A stretch of 32,858 nt of DNA from Candidatus Micrarchaeota archaeon (GTDB lineage Archaea; Micrarchaeota; Micrarchaeia; Micrarchaeales; CABMGC01). Location: assembly GCA_030040595.1 (NCBI GenBank), contig JASHTL010000064.1:1-32858 (forward strand), read 5' to 3'. A program made the position numbers and the translations under genes. Under the pieces are notes generated by a model, which saw only the letters and a list, made by a program, of their open reading frames with translations, searched no databases and was not told the DNA's origin. Below, in pieces: positions 10,327 through 18,954 of the stretch; position 1 is the stretch's first letter; every line of letters starts with the position of its first letter.

Positions 10327-10908
10327 TCAGCTGCTCTTGTTGGAAGTCGGCGGAACAGTTGGCGTTGGCAGCGTGACTATATACCATACGCCTCCAACTC
10401 CCTCGCCGGTTATTGTGCCTGATGCCTTGTCCTGGGCATAGTAGTAGAGAGGCCACCCGTCATACGCGAGCTGTTTCTCGCCGCCTGTTCTTGTTATAGT
10501 GGAGAACTCAGAGATGTTTACCCCGGCAGGCACTTCAAGCGTGTAGTTTCCCGACACTATGAACGGCGGCCAGATGGTTGCGCATGAACCATAGCACGCG
10601 CTCGAGTTGCTGTACTGCTTGTCAGGAGTGTAAAGATACAGGGTCCATCCGGTGGCGTTGGAAAGGTAATAACCGTAGGTTGTGTTGTAAGCAGCGGTGA
10701 ATCTGTAAACTGTGCTCGTGCCTGCCGCGGTTGCCGTAGTAGCTGCGCTTGTAGCTCCTGCTCCTATCACGGCAGGCGAGGTAGTGGCCGGCGCCGAAGC
10801 CGACGTAGTGCTGTAAGAAGTCGCGGGCTGGTGGTATGCCAGGTACGCCGCTGCCGCTATTATCACTACAACAACAATTATCGCTCCCACAATGGCTGCA
10901 ATATTCAT
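10327..10908 (-). CDS. Membrane-anchored COG4315/Lipoprotein_15-repeat protein
   Basis: GWTLYLYTPD, SACYGSCATIWPP, QLAYDGWPLYYYAQD, GEGVGGVWY. Confidence 0.85.
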   Translation of the reverse strand: MNIAAIVGAIIVVVVIIAAAAYLAYHQPATSYSTTSASAPATTSPAVIGAGATSAATTATAAGTSTVYRFTAAYNTTYGYYLSNATGWTLYLYTPDKQYSNSSACYGSCATIWPPFIVSGNYTLEVPAGVNISEFSTITRTGGEKQLAYDGWPLYYYAQDKASGTITGEGVGGVWYIVTLPTPTVPPTSNKSS

Positions 10909-10966
10909 GCAATCCCGTTACATATGCTCGCATTGTAAATATAAACCTAGCAGGATATGCGGGTTG

Positions 10967-11581
10967 CTATGCCTTCTTGTCGCGCGCCTCCCTGAGCGCC
11001 CTCGCCATCCAGAGCAGGTCCTCCATGAAGACCGCTAGGTGATCCAGTCCCAGGCTTCCGTCCCTGAGCGGAGCGAAGAGCTCCTCGTTCGATATGTTCG
11101 GGTTGCCAGCCAGCTTCCCCGTGATGCTCTGGCCTATGTGTATGGCCCTGCTTATGGGCACTCCCCTGAGCTCTATAACAACCTCGCGGAGCTGCTCCAC
11201 GGCCCTGGCCCCGCTTACGCTCCCATAGCTCACAAATCCTATTGGTTTCCTGTTCCATTCGGGATACGTCCAGTCGATCGCGTTCTTCAGCTGACCCGGA
11301 TAGCCGTGATTGTACTCCGGCGAGATTATTATAAACGCATCGGCCTCTTCAAGCTTATCAGCCCATCTCTGCACGTCCTCATTCGGGTACTTCCTGGCGA
11401 GCATCTTCGGCGAAGTAGGCAGGTCATACCACGGCAGTTGGTAATCCTTGATGTCCAGAAGCTCAGCGTCCACTCCTTCCCACGCCTTGAGCTGCCCCTC
11501 GATCCACCTGGCCGGCCTTTCACCGAACCTCTTCTGCCTTACGCTTCCCAGTATTATCTTTATTCTTATCTTCTCATCCAT
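10967..11581 (-). CDS. NADPH-dependent FMN reductase
   Basis: ILGSVR, SPEYNHGYPGQLKNAID, KPIGFVSYG. Confidence 0.92.
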   Translation of the reverse strand: MDEKIRIKIILGSVRQKRFGERPARWIEGQLKAWEGVDAELLDIKDYQLPWYDLPTSPKMLARKYPNEDVQRWADKLEEADAFIIISPEYNHGYPGQLKNAIDWTYPEWNRKPIGFVSYGSVSGARAVEQLREVVIELRGVPISRAIHIGQSITGKLAGNPNISNEELFAPLRDGSLGLDHLAVFMEDLLWMARALREARDKKA

Positions 11582-11863
11582 GCTCTAGCCTCTTTACCCA
11601 TACAATATACGCATGCAAGATATATAAATATAGCACGTCCTATACCACAGCCGCTCAACAGGGAAGGAAACAAGGCCGGGCTGCCCTTCCGAATCCGCCT
11701 GACGGCGGATAACCTCATGGGCTATTGGAATACCGATGAAAATGAGACCGGGCACATAATGCGCATTTCTGACGTCAGAAACGTGCTGAAAAAGCGAAAT
11801 GAAAACCTAAGCATCGCGATGCCTTTTTATAGGACGGGTCTCAACTAAATGTTTGGCGAGTAT

Positions 11864-12592
11864 ATGAAGAAGATAGCAAAAGCCAGAATAAAAAAGCAGC
11901 ATCTCTTGCTGCTCTCAGTTGCGGCTGTAGCCCTTATGGGGGCTGTTGGAGCTGCAGGTTTCGGAGGAGCCTTCAACGGTTTCTTCGGAATACACAGCAA
12001 TGGTTACAATGGCGAGGCGAACCAGGCCAGGTACAATTCCTACAATGGGGTGCTAGTCCACGTGCCATACAATGGCATATACAACGGCAGTTTTACGTAT
12101 AACGGGGTATATAACGGAATGCCAGCCAGGCCAATCCAGATGTACAATGAGACAAACACGATAAAGGCCGATGCAGCTGTTGACCAGTGCAAGACGACCT
12201 ACGCAAACAACGTCTCTACTGTGGCATCGAACAGCGCGGGCCTTACAATAAGCCCAACGCAGGTAGACCAGGCAAATGCAAACCTGCAGAGCAACGTGAC
12301 TGCCAATGCGACTAGCTGGGATACCACGATCAGCCTTGCATTCTTTACGAATGCGTACCAGAACTTCATGCTGCATTACTTGCTAGCAACACACCAGCTT
12401 AATTCGACCGCGGCATCGACTCTGAATGCCTCGCTGAACGGTACCAGGACATCGCTGCAAAACTGCATATCCACCAACAGCACGGCGCAACCGGGCTATG
12501 GACCTTATCCGACAAGATCCGGATTCGGCGGCTTCGGGACCGGGCTTGGGATATCGGGCAGACTATGGATGGGATCCGGCTGGGATAGATAA
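11864..12592 (+). CDS. Secreted hypothetical protein with YNG repeats
   Basis: Basic N-terminus plus hydrophobic signal, six YNG tripeptides, two Cys, Gly-rich C-terminus. Confidence 0.7.
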   Translation: MKKIAKARIKKQHLLLLSVAAVALMGAVGAAGFGGAFNGFFGIHSNGYNGEANQARYNSYNGVLVHVPYNGIYNGSFTYNGVYNGMPARPIQMYNETNTIKADAAVDQCKTTYANNVSTVASNSAGLTISPTQVDQANANLQSNVTANATSWDTTISLAFFTNAYQNFMLHYLLATHQLNSTAASTLNASLNGTRTSLQNCISTNSTAQPGYGPYPTRSGFGGFGTGLGISGRLWMGSGWDR

Positions 12593-12605
12593 ATACATCA
12601 AAGTC

Positions 12606-12639
12606 AGGGCGGGCTGCAGTCCCAACCTGCAGCCTCCCT
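12606..12639. terminator. Hairpin between convergent genes
   Basis: GGCTGCAG-7nt-CTGCAGCC extended by AGGG/CCCT, lying between the stops at 12592 and 12652. Confidence 0.45.
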
Positions 12640-12651
12640 TACCCACTCGGC

Positions 12652-13185
12652 TCACTTCCTCTTAGTTATCACACTGCCTTTTGACTCTTTTATTTCCTGC
12701 TCCATCGCGCTTATTTCAGGAATTGCGGCCTTAGGAACCCTGTCATGCCACCTCCTTCCCTTCTTTATTATGTTCCTGATTTTTGTGGCCGAGAGTCTTC
12801 TCCTGTCATACCATTTCGGCGATATGACGCGTATGCCGTGATCCCTGAAGATCCTCTTCACCAGTTTTGTCTGCGAGAAGACAACGTCTATCCCTGGGTC
12901 ATTTCTGATTATGTAACTGAACCACTTATCGTTGTCGTTGAAATCAGGTATCATAAGAAACCTCACGCGTCTCTGGAACGCAGGGCCCTTAATCGCAGAC
13001 CTTATTATCCGTATGCGGTCCATCGCGGAAAGAGGATTTATCTCTGTTCCGGATTCCTGCGCGCTGCCCACCCCAATAACAACCTTGTCGCACATGCTTA
13101 GGGCTACCAACAACGCCTTCATGTGACCTTTGTGCAGCGGCTGGAACCTGCCGATGAACAGGCCATTGCTGAACTTCCTGGGCAT
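12652..13185 (-). CDS. Nicotinamide-nucleotide adenylyltransferase (archaeal NadM-like)
   Basis: GLFIGRFQPLHKGH, GVGSAQ, NPLSA, LSATKIR, W...VP. Confidence 0.88.
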   Translation of the reverse strand: MPRKFSNGLFIGRFQPLHKGHMKALLVALSMCDKVVIGVGSAQESGTEINPLSAMDRIRIIRSAIKGPAFQRRVRFLMIPDFNDNDKWFSYIIRNDPGIDVVFSQTKLVKRIFRDHGIRVISPKWYDRRRLSATKIRNIIKKGRRWHDRVPKAAIPEISAMEQEIKESKGSVITKRK

Positions 13186-13257
13186 GCATTTATACGATAA
13201 CATGCATGCTTTATATTGGAATGTATGGGGCCTATACGGAAATGAACATTCCTAATA

Positions 13258-14349
13258 TCAGGATGACCCGTACCTTAATACGGCTTCTGACTCGAGGAAA
13301 TCTCCATATCTGCTGGCCGATTCCCTTATGCCAGCAACTTGTTCTCTTGTAAACTTTCTGAATGGGGTTACAGTTACAACAGACTTTCCCTTATCATTGG
13401 ATCTCTTCCATGTACCTACAACCTTTCCATCGGATATTACCATTGGCAGGAAGAGAAGCGTTGAACCGTTGATTATCTTCTTCGCGTATTTTGGCTCCAG
13501 CACGTCGCTGCGGTCGCTGTACGATATTATATACTCGTCGAATGAGGGGAGCAAGTAGACGGAACCCGCGTTCCGAGCGGATATGCCGGTTTTCCTTGAC
13601 ATCCAGTAGCTCTTTCCGGACAGCTCTACCTCTTTTAGGTTGGATTTTATGCTCTCGATCCCGACCTTCGCCTCTGATATTCTGAGGCCAGACCACCATG
13701 CGAAGTCCTTTATTGTCGCAGGGCCATGGCTCTCAAAGTACACTGAAGCAAATTTGGCTAGAGACGTCTCACGATTGTAAGTATTGGCATCAGGCACCAT
13801 CACGTTCAGCAATTTGAATGCGGGCTGGTTGCCAACGTATCCGCTGAAACAGATTATGCCTCTTCTTCCCGCCCTTCTGGTTATGTGCCTCTGCACTTCC
13901 GTATTCCTGAGTTCGGGAATGCCGGATCGTGAAAGAATGCCGCCCAACTCCTTATAGGTCAGCTGCTCATCGCCCTCGAATGCGTCCCGCACTATTTCAA
14001 GCCCTCTTTTGAGCATACGTTCTGTAAGACCATTCCTGCGCTGGTAGCTCGGGATGGACTCATCCGGATAGAGGCTCAGCATCCATCTGACTTCCAGCGG
14101 CGGGACAAAGTGCCATGTGCCCCGCATTGACCAGGTCCTTATTATCTTCTTATTCGCTATCGCATCCTCTACCTCTGATTGCGTCGCACTCCTGCAACGG
14201 AGGCCTACGGCCCATAGCGCGTCCCTATACGCCTGCGCCTGCAGCGCGCCCAGGGACTTGACAACGCCGACCGGACCTGACGCTACTACTGAAGAGATAT
14301 GCTGGTTGGCGAGCCTGGCATAGGGTATATCCTGAAGATCCATCATCAA
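13258..14349 (-). CDS. AlkZ/HTH_42-family DNA glycosylase (QxQ type)
   Basis: LQAQ, RTWSMRGTWHFV, HGPATIKDFAWWSGL, LLPSFDEY, DGKVVGTW. Confidence 0.88.
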   Translation of the reverse strand: MMMDLQDIPYARLANQHISSVVASGPVGVVKSLGALQAQAYRDALWAVGLRCRSATQSEVEDAIANKKIIRTWSMRGTWHFVPPLEVRWMLSLYPDESIPSYQRRNGLTERMLKRGLEIVRDAFEGDEQLTYKELGGILSRSGIPELRNTEVQRHITRRAGRRGIICFSGYVGNQPAFKLLNVMVPDANTYNRETSLAKFASVYFESHGPATIKDFAWWSGLRISEAKVGIESIKSNLKEVELSGKSYWMSRKTGISARNAGSVYLLPSFDEYIISYSDRSDVLEPKYAKKIINGSTLLFLPMVISDGKVVGTWKRSNDKGKSVVTVTPFRKFTREQVAGIRESASRYGDFLESEAVLRYGSS

Positions 14350-14394
14350 TTACTCCGTTCTAAAGCTTAAAAACAGGAGGCCTCAAGAGCCGTA

Positions 14395-15519
14395 TCAGAA
14401 GTGATGGCCTATCGGAACTGTCGTCGTAGGCCTGATGGTAGTGGTGGTCGTGCTGGTAGTGGCTGCCTTCGGTTCCGAGACCGTGAAGCTAGTTCCGTCA
14501 GTGCTTAGGGCTGAAGGCGTTGCCAGCGTGGTCAGGGTCCTTCCATTCTCGCTGACCATGGTTATGGAGGTGACGCCAGGCATGCTGCTTATCGGCTCAG
14601 TGCCTGAGCCCATGTTCGCAAAATTGGTTCCAGGCACGCCGGTGTTGTCGCTGCCGTAGTAAGCGGTGCCGAAGCTTGCGAGCGTGGTGAGCGAGCACGA
14701 TGATCCCGAGCATAATTCAGGCCTCTCCTCGACCCAGTCAGAAGACTTCTGCGATGAGCTGTATGTCACGATGATGCTGAATCCTTTGTGCTGCGTCACG
14801 TCCACAAGCGTTACGTTCCATTCATCCGAAGTGCCAGGCACCTGGGTGACGCTTGCGTTTATTATGTCACCTGGAGAGACGGATATTCCTGATATTGGGG
14901 TCTCGGCAGCTGGTAGTACTTCGTACCATGCTGTGTAATGCGCTGCGCCATCGTAGTAGTCAGACTCTGTGCCCGTCTGCACCAGGGTGTCGTCGCTGTA
15001 CCCTCCTATCCCGATCCATTCTGATGAGTATGTCGCGCTTGAAGTTGATCCTGGAGCCTGTACGACCCAAGAGCCCTTTACCGATGTCGTTACAGGCGAG
15101 CTTGACGTTCCGACATAGCCTGCCCAGTTAAGGGACTCTACCTGGTTCACCAGGCTCTTTCCCTCTGTGATGGCGCCGGAGTAGGAGAGACCGCTCGGCT
15201 GGCAGTTGTATATGCCATTGGTATAGTTACCGTTCGTGCCAGCCTGCAGGCTGCATGGCGAGACCACATTCTTGTAATTCTGGCTGTACGCGTTGCCGAG
15301 ACCGAACACCTTGTTGTCACCAACATATGTGTACGGTGTGCTTTGGCTTATTGTTACGTTATTAACCATGTCCGATATGTTGCCGTGCTGAAGCTGTGGG
15401 CCTGGAAACTGTGCAAGCTGGGACCCTAGAATGCCGGAATAGCCCGTTGCCACCACAAAAGTCGCGCTAAATACCGCAGCCAAGGCCATGACAAAAAGTT
15501 TGTTTTTGAGAGCACCCAT
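14395..15519 (-). CDS. Secreted G1-family glutamic peptidase (eqolisin-like)
   Basis: Signal peptide; SLNWAGY, WIGIGG, LVQTGT (catalytic Q), AWYE, DWVEERP (catalytic E); Thr-rich tail. Confidence 0.88.
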   Translation of the reverse strand: MGALKNKLFVMALAAVFSATFVVATGYSGILGSQLAQFPGPQLQHGNISDMVNNVTISQSTPYTYVGDNKVFGLGNAYSQNYKNVVSPCSLQAGTNGNYTNGIYNCQPSGLSYSGAITEGKSLVNQVESLNWAGYVGTSSSPVTTSVKGSWVVQAPGSTSSATYSSEWIGIGGYSDDTLVQTGTESDYYDGAAHYTAWYEVLPAAETPISGISVSPGDIINASVTQVPGTSDEWNVTLVDVTQHKGFSIIVTYSSSQKSSDWVEERPELCSGSSCSLTTLASFGTAYYGSDNTGVPGTNFANMGSGTEPISSMPGVTSITMVSENGRTLTTLATPSALSTDGTSFTVSEPKAATTSTTTTTIRPTTTVPIGHHF

Positions 15520-15566
15520 CCCACAGCACCTTGCTCTCTATTAAGATCCCTAGGTATTTAAAAGTT

Positions 15567-15578
15567 TTGGACTCGGCG
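15567..15578 (-). repeat. Exact direct copy of the tRNA-Ala 3' end (att-like)
   Basis: TTGGACTCGGCG is identical to 19103-19114 and is intergenic. Confidence 0.85.
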
Positions 15579-15595
15579 CCTCTGTAGCGCTTCTT

Positions 15596-16090
15596 CTAGG
15601 TTCTAAATGCTGCCTTCACGTGATCTATGGCTTCCTCCGGGGTGCTTGCACTTTGTATTTCCCGGAAAGACTGGCTAAGCTGCCTGAAGAAAGCTATACT
15701 CTCCGAGCTATTCCCCAACAGTATGACGGGCTTTCCCTCTTTTATGCCCAGGGCCGCTTCGCTGGCAGTGCCCGGATTCATGCCTACTACCACCAACGCG
15801 TCGCTGGTAAGCACATTGATGCAGTTTCTCGCCTGCTCCATGTTTGTTACGATTGGTATGTCCAAATGTTGAGACCAGTCTGAAGTGTTGCTGTTTGGAA
15901 GTATGCCTACGGTAAGGCCTCCCTCCTCATGCGCACCTCTCATCGCAGCCCCCATGACGCCGGCTTCCCTTCCCCCACTCAGGGTCACCCATCCGTTCCT
16001 TGCTATCAGCCTGCCGACCGCGTATGCATTATCGGTGTGCGGTTGAGTAGCATCTCCTGGTCCCATTACTCCAACTATGCGCTGCCTCAC
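15596..16090 (-). CDS. TIGR00725 / SLOG (LOG-like) family protein
   Basis: IVGVMG, LSGGREAGVMGAAMRGA, GGLTVGILP, ARN..NVLTSD, GTASE. Confidence 0.88.
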   Translation of the reverse strand: MRQRIVGVMGPGDATQPHTDNAYAVGRLIARNGWVTLSGGREAGVMGAAMRGAHEEGGLTVGILPNSNTSDWSQHLDIPIVTNMEQARNCINVLTSDALVVVGMNPGTASEAALGIKEGKPVILLGNSSESIAFFRQLSQSFREIQSASTPEEAIDHVKAAFRT

Positions 16091-16144
16091 ACAATCCCCG
16101 GGAATTTAATGATTATCCTGATATTTAAAGCAGCCGTTTCGGGC

Positions 16145-16154
16145 TTGCACTCGG
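16145..16154 (-). repeat. Degenerate tRNA-Ala 3'-end repeat
   Basis: TTGCACTCGG versus TTGGACTCGG (9/10), located between the TIGR00725 and fic units. Confidence 0.5.
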
Positions 16155-16163
16155 ATCACCACT

Positions 16164-16283
16164 TTACCCTTACATTTCATTATAAATTCAATATTTATAC
16201 AAATATGTGAGGGTAATAATGTTATTCGCTATTACCCTTACTTTAAATTAGAAAAGTAACTATTTATATATTTGTAAGGGTAA
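16164..16283 (+). promoter_or_regulatory. Tandem pair of inverted-repeat operators, each enclosing a TATA box, upstream of fic
   Basis: TTACCCTTACA-N31-TGTGAGGGTAA (16164-16216) and TTACCCTTACT-N30-TGTAAGGGTAA (16232-16283). Each spacer contains TATTTATA. Confidence 0.7.
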
Positions 16284-16292
16284 GTACCAGAT

Positions 16293-17189
16293 ATGGTTGT
16301 TATAAAGAAAAAGCAGATAGGCGACAAAACCTACTATTATCTTGGACATACGTATCGCCAACAAGGCAAAGTAAGGTACAAAGAGACATACCTAGGAAAT
16401 AAGGTACCTGCTGACATCGAAAATGTAAAGAAAGGATTCCTACAGCAACTATACAAGGAAAAATGGTTTGGCCTGTTTGAAAAGATAAAATTGGAATATG
16501 CTAAAGATCTCAAGAAAACACCGCCAGAAGTGTTAGAAAAGAATCTAGAAGCATTTATGATATCATTTACGTATAACACCAACAGAATAGAAGGCTCAAA
16601 ATTATCCCTCAAAGACACTGCATTGCTGTTGGAACATGGAATAACCCCTAAAGGCAGGCCCATTGGGGATGTAAAGGAAACTGAAGCACATAGAAAAGTA
16701 TTCTATGAGATGTTGGAATATGAAGGAGACTTATCCATAGGGATACTGCTCAAATGGCATAGAGAGTTATTTGGCGAGACAAAACCCGAAATAGCGGGTA
16801 AGATAAGAGATTACCAAGTCTATATTACTGGAACCAGATATAAACCCCCAAGCGCAATTGAGGTTCAGGCATACATCCTAGAGTTCTTCAGATGGTACAA
16901 CAGGGAAAAGAGTGCATTGAACCCTGTCGAACTTGCGGCTCTTATCCATGTAAAGTTTGAGGCAATTCACCCATTTGGTGATGGTAACGGCAGAATTGGA
17001 AGACTAATCATGAACTTCGTATTGCATAAGAACGATTACCCGATGTTAAACATACCATATACAAATAGGCTAGGTTATTATAACGCACTTGAAAAAGCGC
17101 AGATAAAAAAAACAGATTCAATCTTTGTCTTGTGGTTCTTCAGAAGGTACCTAAAAGAATGCGGCACGTATCTGCCAAGAAGTAAGTAA
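16293..17189 (+). CDS. Fic-family protein with N-terminal basic beta-rich putative DNA-binding domain
   Basis: Canonical HPFGDGNGRIGR; N-terminal autoinhibitory motif TNRIEG; KKKQIGDKTYYYLGHTYR...YLG N-terminus. Confidence 0.93.
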   Translation: MVVIKKKQIGDKTYYYLGHTYRQQGKVRYKETYLGNKVPADIENVKKGFLQQLYKEKWFGLFEKIKLEYAKDLKKTPPEVLEKNLEAFMISFTYNTNRIEGSKLSLKDTALLLEHGITPKGRPIGDVKETEAHRKVFYEMLEYEGDLSIGILLKWHRELFGETKPEIAGKIRDYQVYITGTRYKPPSAIEVQAYILEFFRWYNREKSALNPVELAALIHVKFEAIHPFGDGNGRIGRLIMNFVLHKNDYPMLNIPYTNRLGYYNALEKAQIKKTDSIFVLWFFRRYLKECGTYLPRSK

Positions 17190-17219
17190 ACTATTTCGCA
17201 CCAAGTTAAATGGACGTAG

Positions 17220-17230
17220 TGGACTCGGCG
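17220..17230 (-). repeat. Exact direct copy of the tRNA-Ala 3' end
   Basis: TGGACTCGGCG is identical to 19104-19114. It is preceded by ACGTA, as at the tRNA itself. Confidence 0.85.
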
Positions 17231-17300
17231 AAACCAGCAAATGAGTATGATGTAAGAACAACATTAGATAATGGTGTTTAATAGTACTTGATAGTATTCA

Positions 17301-17687
17301 CTAGCATTCTATTGTCTTGACTCCGGCTTTTCTAGCAAGGTTTGCCTGATTATTGTCGCAGGTCACTAATTCGTAAGCATTCTTTAGTGCTGCAGCTACA
17401 AACATAGCATCATATATCGACGAATTGTATTTCCTAGCAATTTCAAAGGCCTTACTCGTATGTTTTCTTTCCTCTATAAACCTAAAGGTATCAGGGTACC
17501 TCTCGAGAATCTCGACTGCCTTCTTATATTCAAGCTCATTCTTACGGACTTTTTTCAGAAGTGCGCTGCCTAGCTCTATCATGGAAAGTTCTATGCTTAT
17601 TGGTTCGTAGAGATACTTTTCAACCTCTTCCCATCCTGGCTCTTCTGAAAAGTACTTGACAATAACGGAGCTATCAATAAGCCTCAT
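17301..17687 (-). CDS. vapC: VapC/PIN-domain toxin
   Basis: LIDSSVIVK, E in SMIEL, IYDAMFVAAA, LVTCD; overlaps the upstream antitoxin. Confidence 0.9.
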   Translation of the reverse strand: MRLIDSSVIVKYFSEEPGWEEVEKYLYEPISIELSMIELGSALLKKVRKNELEYKKAVEILERYPDTFRFIEERKHTSKAFEIARKYNSSIYDAMFVAAALKNAYELVTCDNNQANLARKAGVKTIEC

Positions 17688-17892
17688 TTCTATCCTCCCT
17701 TATTGATTTCACCGCGAATCCGGCTTTAGATGGTTTTGAGGTTTTAATAATTTCTTTCAATTCGAGTAAGACTTTTTTGGCATTTGCCTTCCATGCAATA
17801 TCCTCTATGTATTCTTTTGGGTTTATGCCAGCCCTTTTGAGCTGTTCTGCAGTGCCACGCCTTACTCTAATACTGATTACTTCGGTGTCCAT
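17674..17892 (-). CDS. Antitoxin (VapB-like, RHH-type)
   Basis: 72 aa, N-terminal TEVISIRV strand, C-terminal SIREDR, 14-nt overlap with vapC, TTTATATA box upstream. Confidence 0.8.
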   Translation of the reverse strand: MDTEVISIRVRRGTAEQLKRAGINPKEYIEDIAWKANAKKVLLELKEIIKTSKPSKAGFAVKSIREDRNEAY

Positions 17893-17958
17893 GATTATAT
17901 GTCAGCATACAGATATATAAACATTTCTGTTTACTTAGTCGATTACACAAATACCAGA

Positions 17959-17967
17959 TGGGCTCGG
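17959..17967 (-). repeat. Degenerate tRNA-Ala 3'-end repeat
   Basis: TGGGCTCGG versus TGGACTCGG (8/9), located between the vapBC and ribokinase units. Confidence 0.4.
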
Positions 17968-18042
17968 TTATGGAAGATCTTCAAGTAATGGTTGTACTTT
18001 CACAATCGATAACTGGACATTCTATATATTTTTTGCAGGTGC

Positions 18043-18954
18043 TTACCTTTGCATATACGTGTCCACTTCAGAACGAACAGGTAAAGAAGAAGACGCTCCT
18101 AAACGCTGGACACTTAGTGCCGCAGCTTTATTGGCAAAGCTGAGTGCATCATTCAACGATTTTTGTTCTGACAATGCAACTGCAAAAGCCCCAGCAAAGC
18201 AATCACCTGCAGCAGTAGTATCAATTGCATTTACTTTAATCCCTTCCACTCTGACTTCTCCATGCTGATTAATACAGAGCGCACCTTTTGCACCCAAAGT
18301 AACAATTATTGTCTGGTCTTTCCTAGCTTTTACTTTATTTGCATAGTTTTTAATGGTCTCTATGTCCTCAGTAACTGTTTTGTTTGCAAAGAAGGCAACC
18401 TCATGCTCATTTACTATTAAATAATCTGCAAGGATAAGGAGCTCTTTAGAGCATTTCGCAGCTGGTGCTGGGTTAAGTATCGTCTTAGCGCCTGCGATCT
18501 TGGCTCTTTTGAAGAGTGATAGTATTGTTTCTTGTGGTATCTCGAATTGTGATAAGAGAATGTCAGAGCTGCCCAGCTTTATTGAAGATACATCATCAGC
18601 AGATACTTTGGCATTGCTTCCAAGGACTACCACTATTGAGTTTTGCGAATCTTTATCAACACATATAATAGCCGTGCCAGTTGGTGTGCCCTTTGTAAAT
18701 CTTATCCCATCGACCTTCATCTTTTCCTTTTTCAAGACTTCATATATTGACCTTCCAAAATCATCTTCTCCCACCCTGCCTATGAATTCTACGTTACCAT
18801 TAAGTCTGCTTGCCGCAATTGCCTGGTTAGAACCCTTACCACCAAGTATAAAATGAAGACTATCCCCCAGTACTGTTTCACCCGGTTTTGGCATTTTATC
18901 TGTTCTAGTGACAACATCCATGTTAATGCTGCCAACAACGACTATCTTCCCCAT
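18043..18954 (-). CDS. rbsK: Ribokinase
   Basis: VVGSINMD, GGKGSNQA, GRVGEDDFG, ILNPAPA, NEHE, DTTAAGDCF. Confidence 0.92.
   Translation of the reverse strand: MGKIVVVGSINMDVVTRTDKMPKPGETVLGDSLHFILGGKGSNQAIAASRLNGNVEFIGRVGEDDFGRSIYEVLKKEKMKVDGIRFTKGTPTGTAIICVDKDSQNSIVVVLGSNAKVSADDVSSIKLGSSDILLSQFEIPQETILSLFKRAKIAGAKTILNPAPAAKCSKELLILADYLIVNEHEVAFFANKTVTEDIETIKNYANKVKARKDQTIIVTLGAKGALCINQHGEVRVEGIKVNAIDTTAAGDCFAGAFAVALSEQKSLNDALSFANKAAALSVQRLGASSSLPVRSEVDTYMQR

Noticed and set aside
11039-11848. 269 aa plus-strand ORF
   Set aside because: Antisense to the FMN reductase and running through the intergenic region; no protein-like features.
12643-12651. CCACTCGGC as a further tRNA-end repeat
   Set aside because: Only 7/9 identity, and the intervening intergenic regions (13203-13258, 14349-14395) have no copy; compatible with chance.
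16164-16283. Mini-CRISPR array
   Set aside because: The repeats are only 10-11 nt and alternate in orientation, the spacers resemble each other, and no cas genes are present.
15567-17230. tRNA-end repeats as retroelement primer-binding sites
   Set aside because: No reverse transcriptase is present, and the copies lack a full TGG complement to the added CCA (TTT and TAG instead).
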